Shown here: in pieces, positions 1 through 8,253 of the stretch
Position numbering within the stretch: position 1 is the stretch's first letter
How the letters are laid out: every line of letters begins with the position of its first letter
Source of the DNA: Acidimicrobiia bacterium
GTDB taxonomy: Bacteria > Actinomycetota > Acidimicrobiia > IMCC26256 > JBARPG01
NCBI GenBank assembly: GCA_049642885.1
Contig: JBARPG010000245.1
Coordinates: 1-24,968 of the forward strand
DNA length: 24,968 bases
Direction of reading: 5' to 3'
Translations under genes and position numbers: made by a program
Notes under the pieces: model-generated
Seen by the model: only the letters and a program-made list of their open reading frames with translations
Database searches by the model: none
Told to the model about the DNA's origin: nothing

Positions 1-2376
1 AACTGCGACGTTCGTCATCGTGAACGAAGTCGTGTGCCCAAAACTGCCGTCGGTGGCAGTGACTTGATACGAACCCGCCACTCCGTTCGCAGTGAATGCA
101 GGCGCGGTCGCGACACCATTCGCGTCCGTCTTCACCGTGACGCTCGTTGACTGCGCAGACATCGCACCCGATGCCGCGAAGTCTCCAGAAGCGCCAGACG
201 ATGGAGCTTCAAACGTCACGTCATACCCGGCCTCGACTCGATCGCCGGAACGGTCACGCACCTCAACACTCATCGGCGAACCGAACGATGTGCCGGTGTT
301 CGAGGACTGCCCATCACCGGCGGCGGGTGCAACGGCGTGTGGCACACCAGTGTCAATCGCGACGAGCTGATTGAGCATGAAGTTCGCGATCCAGAGCCGG
401 CCATCGGGACCAGGCGTCACTGCATACGCGTAGGGTGCCGCTTCTGGGATCACAAAGCGTTCGAGCGATCCATCGCTCGGGTCGAGCCTCACGACCTGTC
501 CGAAGGCTGCGTTCTCCGAGACTGGGATCAGGGGGGCCCACACGTGCCCGTCCGGGCCCACGGTGATTGCCAAGTACGGGATCGCATCCGGTGAAACTCC
601 CGTGAGCGAATGGATTCCGTATTGCGGGCCGACCGTAAACGATTCAACTGTGAAGTCGGTGGTCGAGAAGTGTCCGATCGAGCCGAGGTTCGGATCAGTA
701 AACCAAAGGTCACCATCAGGCGTTGCTGCCAAAGAGAACGCAAGGGCGTCTGGATTGCCGAGCGAATGGGCAGTCATCGTTCCATCGGGTGATACTTCGA
801 TGATCCGACCGTTCGCGACATTGCCAGAACGATCATTGCCGCCTATCCAGATTCTGCCTTTGCTGCTCACGACTCCCCAGGCTTGGGTGTTCTCGGGCAG
901 CGGGAAGAACGATTGTGCCCCGTCAGGGGTAACTCGAACTGCGAAACTCGGATGCGGTTGCCCGTTGTTATTCCAGGCATCCTGATTGCTCATCATCGTC
1001 CAGAGGCTGCCATCAGCACCCGCGGCGATGAATGAGAACTCGTCGAAGCGATCAGGGCTTGGCGGCGTGATGTCTGAGATGGAGATGGTGCCATCCATGG
1101 CGATGGCACCGATGATCGCGCTCCCTGGGACAGCTTGCGTGGCGCGTCGCGCACCGTTGAACCAGACACGGCCATCGCCTCCGACAGCCATCATCCCTGG
1201 ATCGATTTCCAAGGGAAGGGGAAACAGAACGTTTCCGGTTCCATCCGGGGCCATCCGGCCGATCCAACCACGTCCATCTTCACCTTTGCCGATGGTCGTG
1301 TACCAGAGGTTCCCATCAGGCCCGGCGACGAGCCCGATCGGACCCACCGCACCGACCAAAAACGCATGGTGTGTGAGTGTGCCATCCGGGGCGACCTCAC
1401 CGACACCCAGATTTCCGAACTTTCGGGCAACAAGCACGTTGCCATTCGGAGCCGACACCATCGCCCCGAGTTGCGCGTTCGGCTCCGGGTACAGAAGGAA
1501 TTCGGTCGTGGTGCAGTCGGGCTCAATCCGTGCCACGGCACCTGTGTAGTTTCCCGACGCCCACACGTTTCCGTCCGATCCGCGCACGACACGTTCTGGG
1601 GAGAACGACGTGGAGGCGCAGGGGGTAATGGTCCCTGTCATATCGACGCGCGTCATTCTCCAATATCCGCCGTCTGCTACCCAGAGGTTGCCGTCAGCAC
1701 CGACCGTCATGTCGCGGGACCAGCCGACTCCCGGGTAGGAGGTCACAACAAGTGCTGACCCATCAACTTGGTCCCCCGGTACAAAGGCCGCAAGCCCGTT
1801 ACTGCCCACATACCAAATGCGGCCATCCGGAGCGGAAGCCGCGGCGGATTCCCAGGTGACGTCCGGTGCGGTCATGACTGCATAGCTCCCATCCGGTGCG
1901 ACACGGAAGACTTGTTGCGTATTCGTGGCAAAGATCCAAAGGTTTCCGTCAGGGCCCGACACAATCCTTCGCAGGCCGAGATACGTCGTTGGATCAGAAC
2001 GGAGATCGAATTTGGTTGCAACTTCATCAGGAGTGATCCGCCAAACGACCCCTGAATTGGCGATGAACCAAATATTGCTGTCAGGGTCCGAGACTCCGCC
2101 CTGAACATCCGTCAACTCAAGTCCGACTGGAACTTCATGTTGCGAGTCAATATCGGCGCCGTGAGTGAGGCCTCCACCCCGGATCACGGTCCAGAGCGAA
2201 TTATCGGCACCCAGCACCATCAACTCCGCGCTGGTGACCGCTCGCTCCGGAACCTCAAAGGCTTCGGTGAACCCAACCGCTGCCCCAGCGGGCAGCGAGG
2301 AGGTCAACGGGATCATCACAGAGACCAGCGAGACACAACCCGCGATCGATAGCCACCTGGGCAGAAAATGTTTCAT
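1..2376 (-). CDS. Secreted multi-repeat beta-propeller protein (Vgb/streptogramin-lyase-like repeats) with C-terminal Ig-like (Big) domain; partial, C-terminus lies beyond the window start
   Basis: Reverse-complement reading from the ATG at 2376 gives MKHFLPRWLSIAGCVSLVSVMIPLTSSLPAGAAVGF..., a signal-peptide-like N-terminus. At least 10 repeats of the type GPDGNLW / DSNIWF / GADGNLWV / GPDGRLWIA follow, spaced about 40-45 aa apart. The end reads ...GSYQVTATDGSFGHTTSFTMTNVAV, an Ig-like motif. Frame 0 on the minus strand is open from 2376 down to position 1 (the track lists no minus-strand frame-0 ORF in this span and no + strand ORF longer than about 210 aa). It is absent from the ORF track because it runs off the edge. 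The RBS is weak (gcagg). Confidence 0.7.
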   Translation of the reverse strand, partial: MKHFLPRWLSIAGCVSLVSVMIPLTSSLPAGAAVGFTEAFEVPERAVTSAELMVLGADNSLWTVIRGGGLTHGADIDSQHEVPVGLELTDVQGGVSDPDSNIWFIANSGVVWRITPDEVATKFDLRSDPTTYLGLRRIVSGPDGNLWIFATNTQQVFRVAPDGSYAVMTAPDVTWESAAASAPDGRIWYVGSNGLAAFVPGDQVDGSALVVTSYPGVGWSRDMTVGADGNLWVADGGYWRMTRVDMTGTITPCASTSFSPERVVRGSDGNVWASGNYTGAVARIEPDCTTTEFLLYPEPNAQLGAMVSAPNGNVLVARKFGNLGVGEVAPDGTLTHHAFLVGAVGPIGLVAGPDGNLWYTTIGKGEDGRGWIGRMAPDGTGNVLFPLPLEIDPGMMAVGGDGRVWFNGARRATQAVPGSAIIGAIAMDGTISISDITPPSPDRFDEFSFIAAGADGSLWTMMSNQDAWNNNGQPHPSFAVRVTPDGAQSFFPLPENTQAWGVVSSKGRIWIGGNDRSGNVANGRIIEVSPDGTMTAHSLGNPDALAFSLAATPDGDLWFTDPNLGSIGHFSTTDFTVESFTVGPQYGIHSLTGVSPDAIPYLAITVGPDGHVWAPLIPVSENAAFGQVVRLDPSDGSLERFVIPEAAPYAYAVTPGPDGRLWIANFMLNQLVAIDTGVPHAVAPAAGDGQSSNTGTSFGSPMSVEVRDRSGDRVEAGYDVTFEAPSSGASGDFAASGAMSAQSTSVTVKTDANGVATAPAFTANGVAGSYQVTATDGSFGHTTSFTMTNVAV

Positions 2377-2441
2377 GCCTGCGCTATCGGCAGGAATCGT
2401 GCGCCCTTGAGGGTTGCAACCAGATGGCTACCGAAGCATAG

Positions 2442-4721
2442 CTACGCGTCTTTGCGGGTGACAGTGGCCGCGACCTCTGGTGGCGTTTCTGCCTGTGTTC
2501 CGGGAGTCAGCCCGTTGTTCCGAAACATGCTCATGAGCACGGAGGCCAGTCCTTCAAAAGACCCTCCTCCGCCCCCTGTCACGAGCACCTCCGGCATGAT
2601 GTTGACCTGACCCTTGGCAATCGCCTCCACCATGGCCACGAGGGCAGTCGCTTGCGGGCCGAGTGCGTTGCGTTGCGCTTCGAATCCCTTTGCGCTGGCA
2701 AGACCGATGGCCTGGGTTGCCTCGGCGTTTGCCAGACCGACGGCCTGAGTCGCCTCTGCGCTCGCAAGACCAACTGCTCGGGTCTTCGAAGCTTCGGCAT
2801 CACCCATCGCTTTCGTGGCATCGGCCGCGGCGTACGCGATCGCACGTTGTTTTGTCGCGTCGGCATCACCCATCGCCACCGTTGCGGCGGCTTCACCTTG
2901 GGCTTGCACCTTGCGTGACTCGGCCTCGTTCTGTTTGATGTTGATGCCAACCTGTGAGCTCGCGAGTTGTGCTTGCATATCGGCCATCCCGCGCGCCTTT
3001 TCCATTTCAATGCGAGCGGTTTCCGCGCGTTGCTGCTCTTCGTACGTGGTCTTTTCCTGGTTCGCAATCTCTCGACGGGTCAGCACCTCGACGAGTTCAA
3101 CTGGGAACACGACATCCTGGATATACACGCCCTTTGTCTCGACGTCGTATGCCTGGAGGTAGCGCGTGATGTGTTCGAGCGCAGCCTCTTGCACTTCCAT
3201 ACGGGTCTCGATGAAGCGAATGGCTTCTTGATCTTGCAGCGTGTTGCGGAAATGGTTTCCCACCGCGGAGGCCAACACTTCATTCACGAGGTTGGTCATC
3301 GTTCCCACCATCGAAATCACCTTCGGTGCTTTGGTGTCGGGCACGTGGATCTGTACTTGCAGCTCGATCGTGAAGATGAACCCTTCACGGCTCTTGCCTT
3401 CGATCGGGGCGAGGCTCGCATCGAGGCTGTGCGCCTGACTGACCTGCTTCGACCAGTTCAACGTGAGAATTGAGGTCGGGACAATCTCAGACGCGTAACA
3501 GCGCGGGTTGATCGGATACTTGCCGGTGCGCAGGGGCTCTTCCCAAATCCCGCGATGTCCCGGTTTGACGATGGACCCGAACTTGAACTCGGCCCCTGAG
3601 GTGTCGAGCGTGGGCAATCCAACGAACGCTTTGATCACGGCGACTTCGCCTTGGCGCACGACCAACATCGGCACCATCTCGACCTGCACGAGAAATGGGT
3701 TCAGCAGGTACGCGCCGTAGAGCAGCGGGTCATGTTGCAGACCGATGCGCCCACCATTGCTCAGGAAGGCTTGGAAATCTTGGTAGTTGTTGTGCAGGTC
3801 GTTCTTCGAGGCCAAGAGGCGCTCGATGATGCTCACATCTTGGTGATGACCGGCCGGAAGTGCCGGCACGGGACCATCTGATTCGACAAGTGCTGACCCG
3901 GCAAGCGCTTCCACCTCTTCAGCAGATGCGAGGTCGGCCCACCCGCCAAGTCGCGATGCGATATCGCTCGCACCAAGAGGCTCGCCTTCGAGGACGGTGA
4001 TGATGCCGACCATATCGCGCTCGCCCGACGGAGAGATGATGACGACGCGAAGTTGTTCCGGTGCCAGCCCGAAGCTCTCGGGGCGCAACACGCCGCGGTT
4101 CGCTTTCTGCGCTGCCTGCATATCAGGAGACACCGCCATGCCGTACACGTTGTGCGCAGTCAGCACCAAAAAGGCCGCGGGGTGGATCGGGATCAAGGTC
4201 CCCGGAGGAAGCACCGGGCGCTGCACGCCCTTTTGCCCGCCGTTGCTCACGAAGGTCTGAATGCTCGAGAAGTTGCCGAACTCCGACTTGTAGAAACCCG
4301 ACTTCGCCCCGATCGGCAGAGCCTGACCAACTTGGGCGATCACGACACCGATCTCACCGGCCGGCACCTGCACCCATGGAAACTTCTTCACGGTGTAGAC
4401 GGGCCAGAGCTTGAATCGGAGCCCCGGCATCAGCAGGTCGGCTTGGTAGCCAGCTTCGCCGTGGAACGCGATGGGGTTGTCGTCCTTCAGTTTTCGGAAC
4501 GCAAACCGTTTGTTGACGAGACCGACTTCGGTCGGTCCAATCGAGGTGAATGAACGGAGTGCGAGGAAGGCAGCTATTCCGAGGAGGATGAGTACTGCGA
4601 TTGCAGGTGCGGCCATCGAGGTTGCGAGCATGTGCTTCGTCTTCTTTCTTCGTTGTGTTCTACATAGGACGTCCAACGCGGCGATGCGGTTGTTTATTCC
4701 CACACCGATGACCGTTCCCAT
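2442..4721 (-). CDS. Flotillin-family / SPFH (band 7) domain membrane protein, unusually long
   Basis: The track ORF runs 2442..4778 (778 aa), but its first codon is TTG. The in-frame ATG at 4721 (MGTVIGV...) is preceded by GAGGG with a 5-nt spacer. A basic stretch RTQRRKKTKH lies before a TM helix (AAPAIAVLILLGIAAFLAL), consistent with the positive-inside rule. An alternative start is the ATG at 4631. There is an SPFH-like core (..LVVRQGEVAVIKAF..FIFTIELQVQIHV..). The C-terminal coiled-coil carries flotillin-type Glu/Ala hendecad repeats (AVGLASAEATQ AVGLANAEATQ AIGLASAKG..) and a poly-Gly tail. Confidence 0.8.
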   Translation of the reverse strand: MGTVIGVGINNRIAALDVLCRTQRRKKTKHMLATSMAAPAIAVLILLGIAAFLALRSFTSIGPTEVGLVNKRFAFRKLKDDNPIAFHGEAGYQADLLMPGLRFKLWPVYTVKKFPWVQVPAGEIGVVIAQVGQALPIGAKSGFYKSEFGNFSSIQTFVSNGGQKGVQRPVLPPGTLIPIHPAAFLVLTAHNVYGMAVSPDMQAAQKANRGVLRPESFGLAPEQLRVVIISPSGERDMVGIITVLEGEPLGASDIASRLGGWADLASAEEVEALAGSALVESDGPVPALPAGHHQDVSIIERLLASKNDLHNNYQDFQAFLSNGGRIGLQHDPLLYGAYLLNPFLVQVEMVPMLVVRQGEVAVIKAFVGLPTLDTSGAEFKFGSIVKPGHRGIWEEPLRTGKYPINPRCYASEIVPTSILTLNWSKQVSQAHSLDASLAPIEGKSREGFIFTIELQVQIHVPDTKAPKVISMVGTMTNLVNEVLASAVGNHFRNTLQDQEAIRFIETRMEVQEAALEHITRYLQAYDVETKGVYIQDVVFPVELVEVLTRREIANQEKTTYEEQQRAETARIEMEKARGMADMQAQLASSQVGINIKQNEAESRKVQAQGEAAATVAMGDADATKQRAIAYAAADATKAMGDAEASKTRAVGLASAEATQAVGLANAEATQAIGLASAKGFEAQRNALGPQATALVAMVEAIAKGQVNIMPEVLVTGGGGGSFEGLASVLMSMFRNNGLTPGTQAETPPEVAATVTRKDA
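2693..2890. repeat. Six or so tandem 33-bp units (11-aa hendecad coiled-coil repeats) inside the flotillin gene
   Basis: The units gctggcaagaccgatggcctgggttgcctcggc / gtttgccagaccgacggcctgagtcgcctctgc / gctcgcaagaccaactgctcgggtcttcgaagc are followed by three more diverged units sharing ggcatcacccatcgc. They encode AEATQAVGL-type repeats on the minus strand. Confidence 0.6.
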
Positions 4722-4771
4722 ATCGGCCCTCGCGCAGGGAACTTGAGCGTTGACCGCTAGCCTCGCCCGCC

Positions 4772-5269
4772 ATGGCAACTACACATCTTGGCGACACTCC
4801 CGTTCAGACCGCAGGCGACCTCCCGGTAGTCGGAGCTGCGGCTCCAGCATTTGCACTCACCCGGTCCGATCTCAGTCCTGTTTCCCTTGAGGACTTCGCA
4901 GGCAAACGCGTGATCTTGAATATCTTCCCGAGCATCGACACCGCCGTATGCGCGATGAGCGTGCGCACCTTCAACACCGAAGCTGCGGCACTCGAGAACG
5001 CGGTCGTCGTGTGTGCCTCGGCCGATCTCCCCTTCGCTCTCTCACGATTCTGCGGAGCCGAGGGTATTGAAAATGTGATCACTGCATCAACGTTCCGGAG
5101 TGATTCGTTCGGAAGTGACTACGGCGTGAAAATGATCGACGGGAAGCTTGCAGGGCTCATGGCCCGGGCCGTCGTTGTGATCGATGAGTCCGGCACCGTC
5201 GCTCACGCGGAGCTCGTGCCCGCGATCGGTCAGGAACCTGACTACGCCGCCGCACTCGCCAGCCTCTAG
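4772..5269 (+). CDS. tpx: Thiol peroxidase (atypical 2-Cys peroxiredoxin, Tpx family)
   Basis: The 165-aa product shows near-motif-level identity to Tpx: FAGKRVILNIFPSIDTAVCA...VVCASADLPFALSRFCGAEGIENV...ARAVVVIDE...EPDYAAAL. It is divergent from the flotillin gene. Confidence 0.9.
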   Translation: MATTHLGDTPVQTAGDLPVVGAAAPAFALTRSDLSPVSLEDFAGKRVILNIFPSIDTAVCAMSVRTFNTEAAALENAVVVCASADLPFALSRFCGAEGIENVITASTFRSDSFGSDYGVKMIDGKLAGLMARAVVVIDESGTVAHAELVPAIGQEPDYAAALASL

Positions 5270-5270
5270 T

Positions 5271-6152
5271 TCACTGCGAGTGCACACGCTCGCGGAACAC
5301 CGCGACATTCGACGCAATCTCCCGCGTTGCTTTTGATTTGTTCATCGTGAAGTAGTGCAGCCCTGGCGCGCCACGACGCAGTAACTCTTCGGAGAGTTCA
5401 GTCGCCGCAACAATTCCCTCTGCTTCGACGCCGCCGGGCGTGTGTTCTGCCGCACGCAAACGATCTTCAACCGCGCGGGGGAACGCTGCCCCCGAAAGTT
5501 CCGCCATTCGTGCGACTTGCGCGAGGTTCGTCACGGGCATGATTCCGGGAATGACCGGCGTTGTCACGCCACGTTCCGCCATCGCATCGATGAACTCGGA
5601 ATACACATCTGCCTCGAAGAACAGTTGAGTGACGGCGAAGTCCGCGAGCAGGAGCTTCTCCGCTTGAGAATCGAGATCTTCGGCTCGCGTCGCTGATGCT
5701 GGATGCCCTTCAGGGTGCGCGGCCACACCAATCGTGAAGTCGCCGCACGAACGCACGAGTGCGACGAGGTCGGTTGCGTGATCGAGGTCTGATGCAAGGT
5801 CACTGTCGCTCGGCAAGTCTCCACGCAATGCCAAAATGTGGCGGATGTCAGCGTTGTTGTAGCGCTCAAGAATTGCTTCGAGTTCGTCGCGTCGATGCCC
5901 GACGCAGGTGAGGTGCGCCATTGGGAGCATGGAGGTATCCGCACGAATATGCGAAACAATCTCGTGCGTGCGGTCACGGGTCGACCCGCCAGCCCCATAT
6001 GTCACGCTCACAAAGTCGGGCGCGAGCAATTCCAATTCGTTGAGCGTGGCGAGCAGGGTTTCGCTCGCGGCTTCAGTTTTCGGCGGGAAGAACTCGAAGC
6101 TCAAGGTGACATGGTCAGCGAGCTTCTCGGGGATGGTCTGGAAACTCGGCAC
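5271..6152 (-). CDS. metF: 5,10-methylenetetrahydrofolate reductase (MetF)
   Basis: Canonical MetF motifs are present: SFEFFPPKT, VTYGAGGSTR, HLTCVGH, ALRGDLP, GIMPV. The maximal ORF reaches 6275, but that would overlap the divergent DLH start. I propose the GTG at 6152 (VPSFQTIPEK..., about 19 aa before FEFFPP as in E. coli MetF). An ATG at 6248 is the alternative. The start is uncertain. Confidence 0.8.
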   Translation of the reverse strand: MPSFQTIPEKLADHVTLSFEFFPPKTEAASETLLATLNELELLAPDFVSVTYGAGGSTRDRTHEIVSHIRADTSMLPMAHLTCVGHRRDELEAILERYNNADIRHILALRGDLPSDSDLASDLDHATDLVALVRSCGDFTIGVAAHPEGHPASATRAEDLDSQAEKLLLADFAVTQLFFEADVYSEFIDAMAERGVTTPVIPGIMPVTNLAQVARMAELSGAAFPRAVEDRLRAAEHTPGGVEAEGIVAATELSEELLRRGAPGLHYFTMNKSKATREIASNVAVFRERVHSQ

Positions 6153-6246
6153 GAGGCACGACGATAGTTGCGCCCACCTGCATCGCGAGGACTCAATGTC
6201 GTGATCCACATGGCGGTCAGCCGCAGCCGAGCATACGATCACGCGC

Positions 6247-6942
6247 ATGGGTGAGATGGTGACGTTTGCAAGCAATGGAACTACCGCAGGTGCGTACCTT
6301 GCGGTGCCGGAAGCTGGACCTGGCCCCGGGGTGATCGTGCTCCAAGAATGGTGGGGTCTCGTTCCGCAGTTGAAGGGCGTGTGTGATCGCCTGGCGGCCG
6401 AAGGCTTCGTGGCGCTGGCACCTGATCTTTTTCACGGCGAAATCGCGGAGCACACCGAAATGGACAAGGCCGCTCATTTGATGAATACCTTCCCTGCCGA
6501 TCGCGCCGCACGGGATATGCACGGAGCGGTTGACTATCTGCTCGCGCATGACGCGACCCTTGGCAATGCGATCGGCATCGTCGGGTTTTGCATGGGCGGC
6601 ATGCTCACCATGCTGCTCGCCGCACGCGAAGGAGATCGCGTGGCGGTAGCGGTGCCGTTCTACGGATACGCCGCGGGCGAAGGCGAACCCGATTGGTCGG
6701 GGTTGACGGCGGTGGTGCGCGGCCAGATGGCAGAGGACGACGGTTTCTTCCCAGCACCCGGTGGCGCCGAACTCGTGCAGCGACTCACGTCCATGGGGAA
6801 AGACGTCGTGTTCACCGTGTACGCCGGAACCCAACACGCATTCGCGAACGATGCAAACTCCATTGGAACGTATGACCCCGTCGCCGCCGAGGCCGCGTGG
6901 ACCGCGTGCCTTGCCGCGTTGCGAGCGCACCTCCCGCTCTGA
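6247..6942 (+). CDS. Dienelactone hydrolase family protein (carboxymethylenebutenolidase-like)
   Basis: Motifs AYLAVP..PGVIVLQEWWGL...DRLAAEGFVALAPDLFHGE and the nucleophile elbow GFCMGG are typical of the DLH family. The start could instead be the second ATG at 6256. Confidence 0.8.
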   Translation: MGEMVTFASNGTTAGAYLAVPEAGPGPGVIVLQEWWGLVPQLKGVCDRLAAEGFVALAPDLFHGEIAEHTEMDKAAHLMNTFPADRAARDMHGAVDYLLAHDATLGNAIGIVGFCMGGMLTMLLAAREGDRVAVAVPFYGYAAGEGEPDWSGLTAVVRGQMAEDDGFFPAPGGAELVQRLTSMGKDVVFTVYAGTQHAFANDANSIGTYDPVAAEAAWTACLAALRAHLPL

Positions 6943-7043
6943 CCGGAACATCTCTTGTTCTGGCCTGCGCATCTCTCGACAGAATTGCGTCCGAACCTGC
7001 GAGACTGGACACCTTGACGCCGTTGCGGTGAAGCACACAAGGA

Positions 7044-8180
7044 ATGCGCATGCCACCAGAAAAACTCCAATGGAAACACCTCTTCGATGAGGTCGTCACC
7101 TCGGGCCTATGCACTGGATGCGCGGGGTGCGTCATCGTCTGCCCACATGACGTACTCGGCTACAAAGACACCGAAGGTGTCTACAAACCGTTCCAACTTG
7201 AAGCGGACTACGGCGGTCCCGATGCCTGCTCTCACGGCGACAAGGGATGCACGACCTGCACCCGAGCCTGCCCACGCCTGCGACTCTGGGAACCAGAGGC
7301 CGACGAACAACTCCATGGTCGTGTGCGCGAGCCTGAAGAGGTCGCTGGCATCTTCCAAGACATCGTGTTGGCACGAGCGACCGACCCGGCGCTCCATGCG
7401 GTTGGGCAGGACGGTGGCCTTGTGTCCGCGCTCCTCGTGTACGCGCTTGAACACGATGTCATCGACGCAGCGCTGGTGTCCTATCTCGATGGTGACGGCA
7501 GCACGTGGAAGGCAGTGCCTGGCGTCGCTCGGAACCGTGAGGATGTCATCCGTTCCGCGGGCTCGCGCTACACCTACTCGGCAAACACGATGGCCTACGC
7601 CGAAGCAACTGAGGGCGGCGCAGAACGCATCGCACTCGTGGGCATGAGTTGCATGTCGTCAATCCCTGCCGTTGCGAAGACTCGCAAGGTCGGAAAGGTT
7701 GCGCGTCGCCTGTCGTTGACGATCGGGCTGTTGTGTTCCAAGACCTTCGATGACGCGATCTTCGATGAGCTCTTCGACGCGAAGTACGGACTGAAGCGGG
7801 CAGACATCAAGAAGGTAAACATCAAAGGCGTGTTCCAAATCTGGATGCACAACGGCGACTATCACGAAGTGCCCTTGAAGGAATGTCACGCCTGGACCCG
7901 CGAAGGGTGCAACCACTGCCCCGACTTCGCGGCCGAACACGCCGACATTTCAACGGGCGGTATTGGAGCGTTCAATGATTGGACGTTGACGATCGTGCGC
8001 ACCGATGCGGGTCGTGAGCTGATGGATCGCATGATCGCTGATGGCTGGATCGAAACACGTCCAGGCGATGACGACCCTGGCGCGATCGTGTTGATGAACA
8101 AGCTTGCCGCAAGGAGCCGAAAGCGTTGGCCGGAGTCGACACCGGTGCAAGCCCCCCGGGTGCTTCCAGCTACTCCGTAG
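7044..8180 (+). CDS. Coenzyme F420 hydrogenase/dehydrogenase beta-subunit-like (FrhB/FdhB family) Fe-S flavoprotein
   Basis: The N-terminus has two Cys clusters, CTGCAGCVIVCP and CSHGDKGCTTCTRACP. An FrhB_N-like block (GQDGGLVSALLVYALEHDVIDAALVS) and an FrhB_C-like block (EGCNHCPDFAAEHADISTGGIGAF) follow. The better start is probably the ATG at 7050 (AAGGA plus a 6-nt spacer). Confidence 0.75.
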   Translation: MRMPPEKLQWKHLFDEVVTSGLCTGCAGCVIVCPHDVLGYKDTEGVYKPFQLEADYGGPDACSHGDKGCTTCTRACPRLRLWEPEADEQLHGRVREPEEVAGIFQDIVLARATDPALHAVGQDGGLVSALLVYALEHDVIDAALVSYLDGDGSTWKAVPGVARNREDVIRSAGSRYTYSANTMAYAEATEGGAERIALVGMSCMSSIPAVAKTRKVGKVARRLSLTIGLLCSKTFDDAIFDELFDAKYGLKRADIKKVNIKGVFQIWMHNGDYHEVPLKECHAWTREGCNHCPDFAAEHADISTGGIGAFNDWTLTIVRTDAGRELMDRMIADGWIETRPGDDDPGAIVLMNKLAARSRKRWPESTPVQAPRVLPATP

Positions 8181-8253
8181 TAACTCGCGGGTTACCCACC
8201 GGTAAGGATCACATCGGTGTAACAATCGACTTCATGACGAGGTCGAAGCACTC

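Noticed and set aside
2579-3067. 162-aa minus-strand ORF in an alternate frame over the flotillin repeat region
   Set aside because: It reads through the 33-bp repeats in the wrong frame, giving Arg/Pro/Lys low-complexity sequence. The flotillin frame explains the repeat.
4053-4553. Plus-strand ORFs (166 aa and 117 aa) antisense to the flotillin gene
   Set aside because: They are Arg/His/Pro-rich antisense frames, and the sense strand has the SPFH and EA-repeat signatures.
6217-7056. 279-aa minus-strand ORF overlapping the DLH gene and the intergenic region
   Set aside because: It is antisense to a DLH-family protein with an intact GxCxG nucleophile elbow. Its composition is Arg/Cys/His-rich junk.
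8181-8253. Short inverted repeats (GTAACtcgcggGTTAC; TTACCcaccGGTAA) after the FrhB-like gene as a terminator
   Set aside because: The stems are only 5 bp with no U-tract. The FAAL starts 73 nt downstream with a plausible SD, so co-transcription is more likely.
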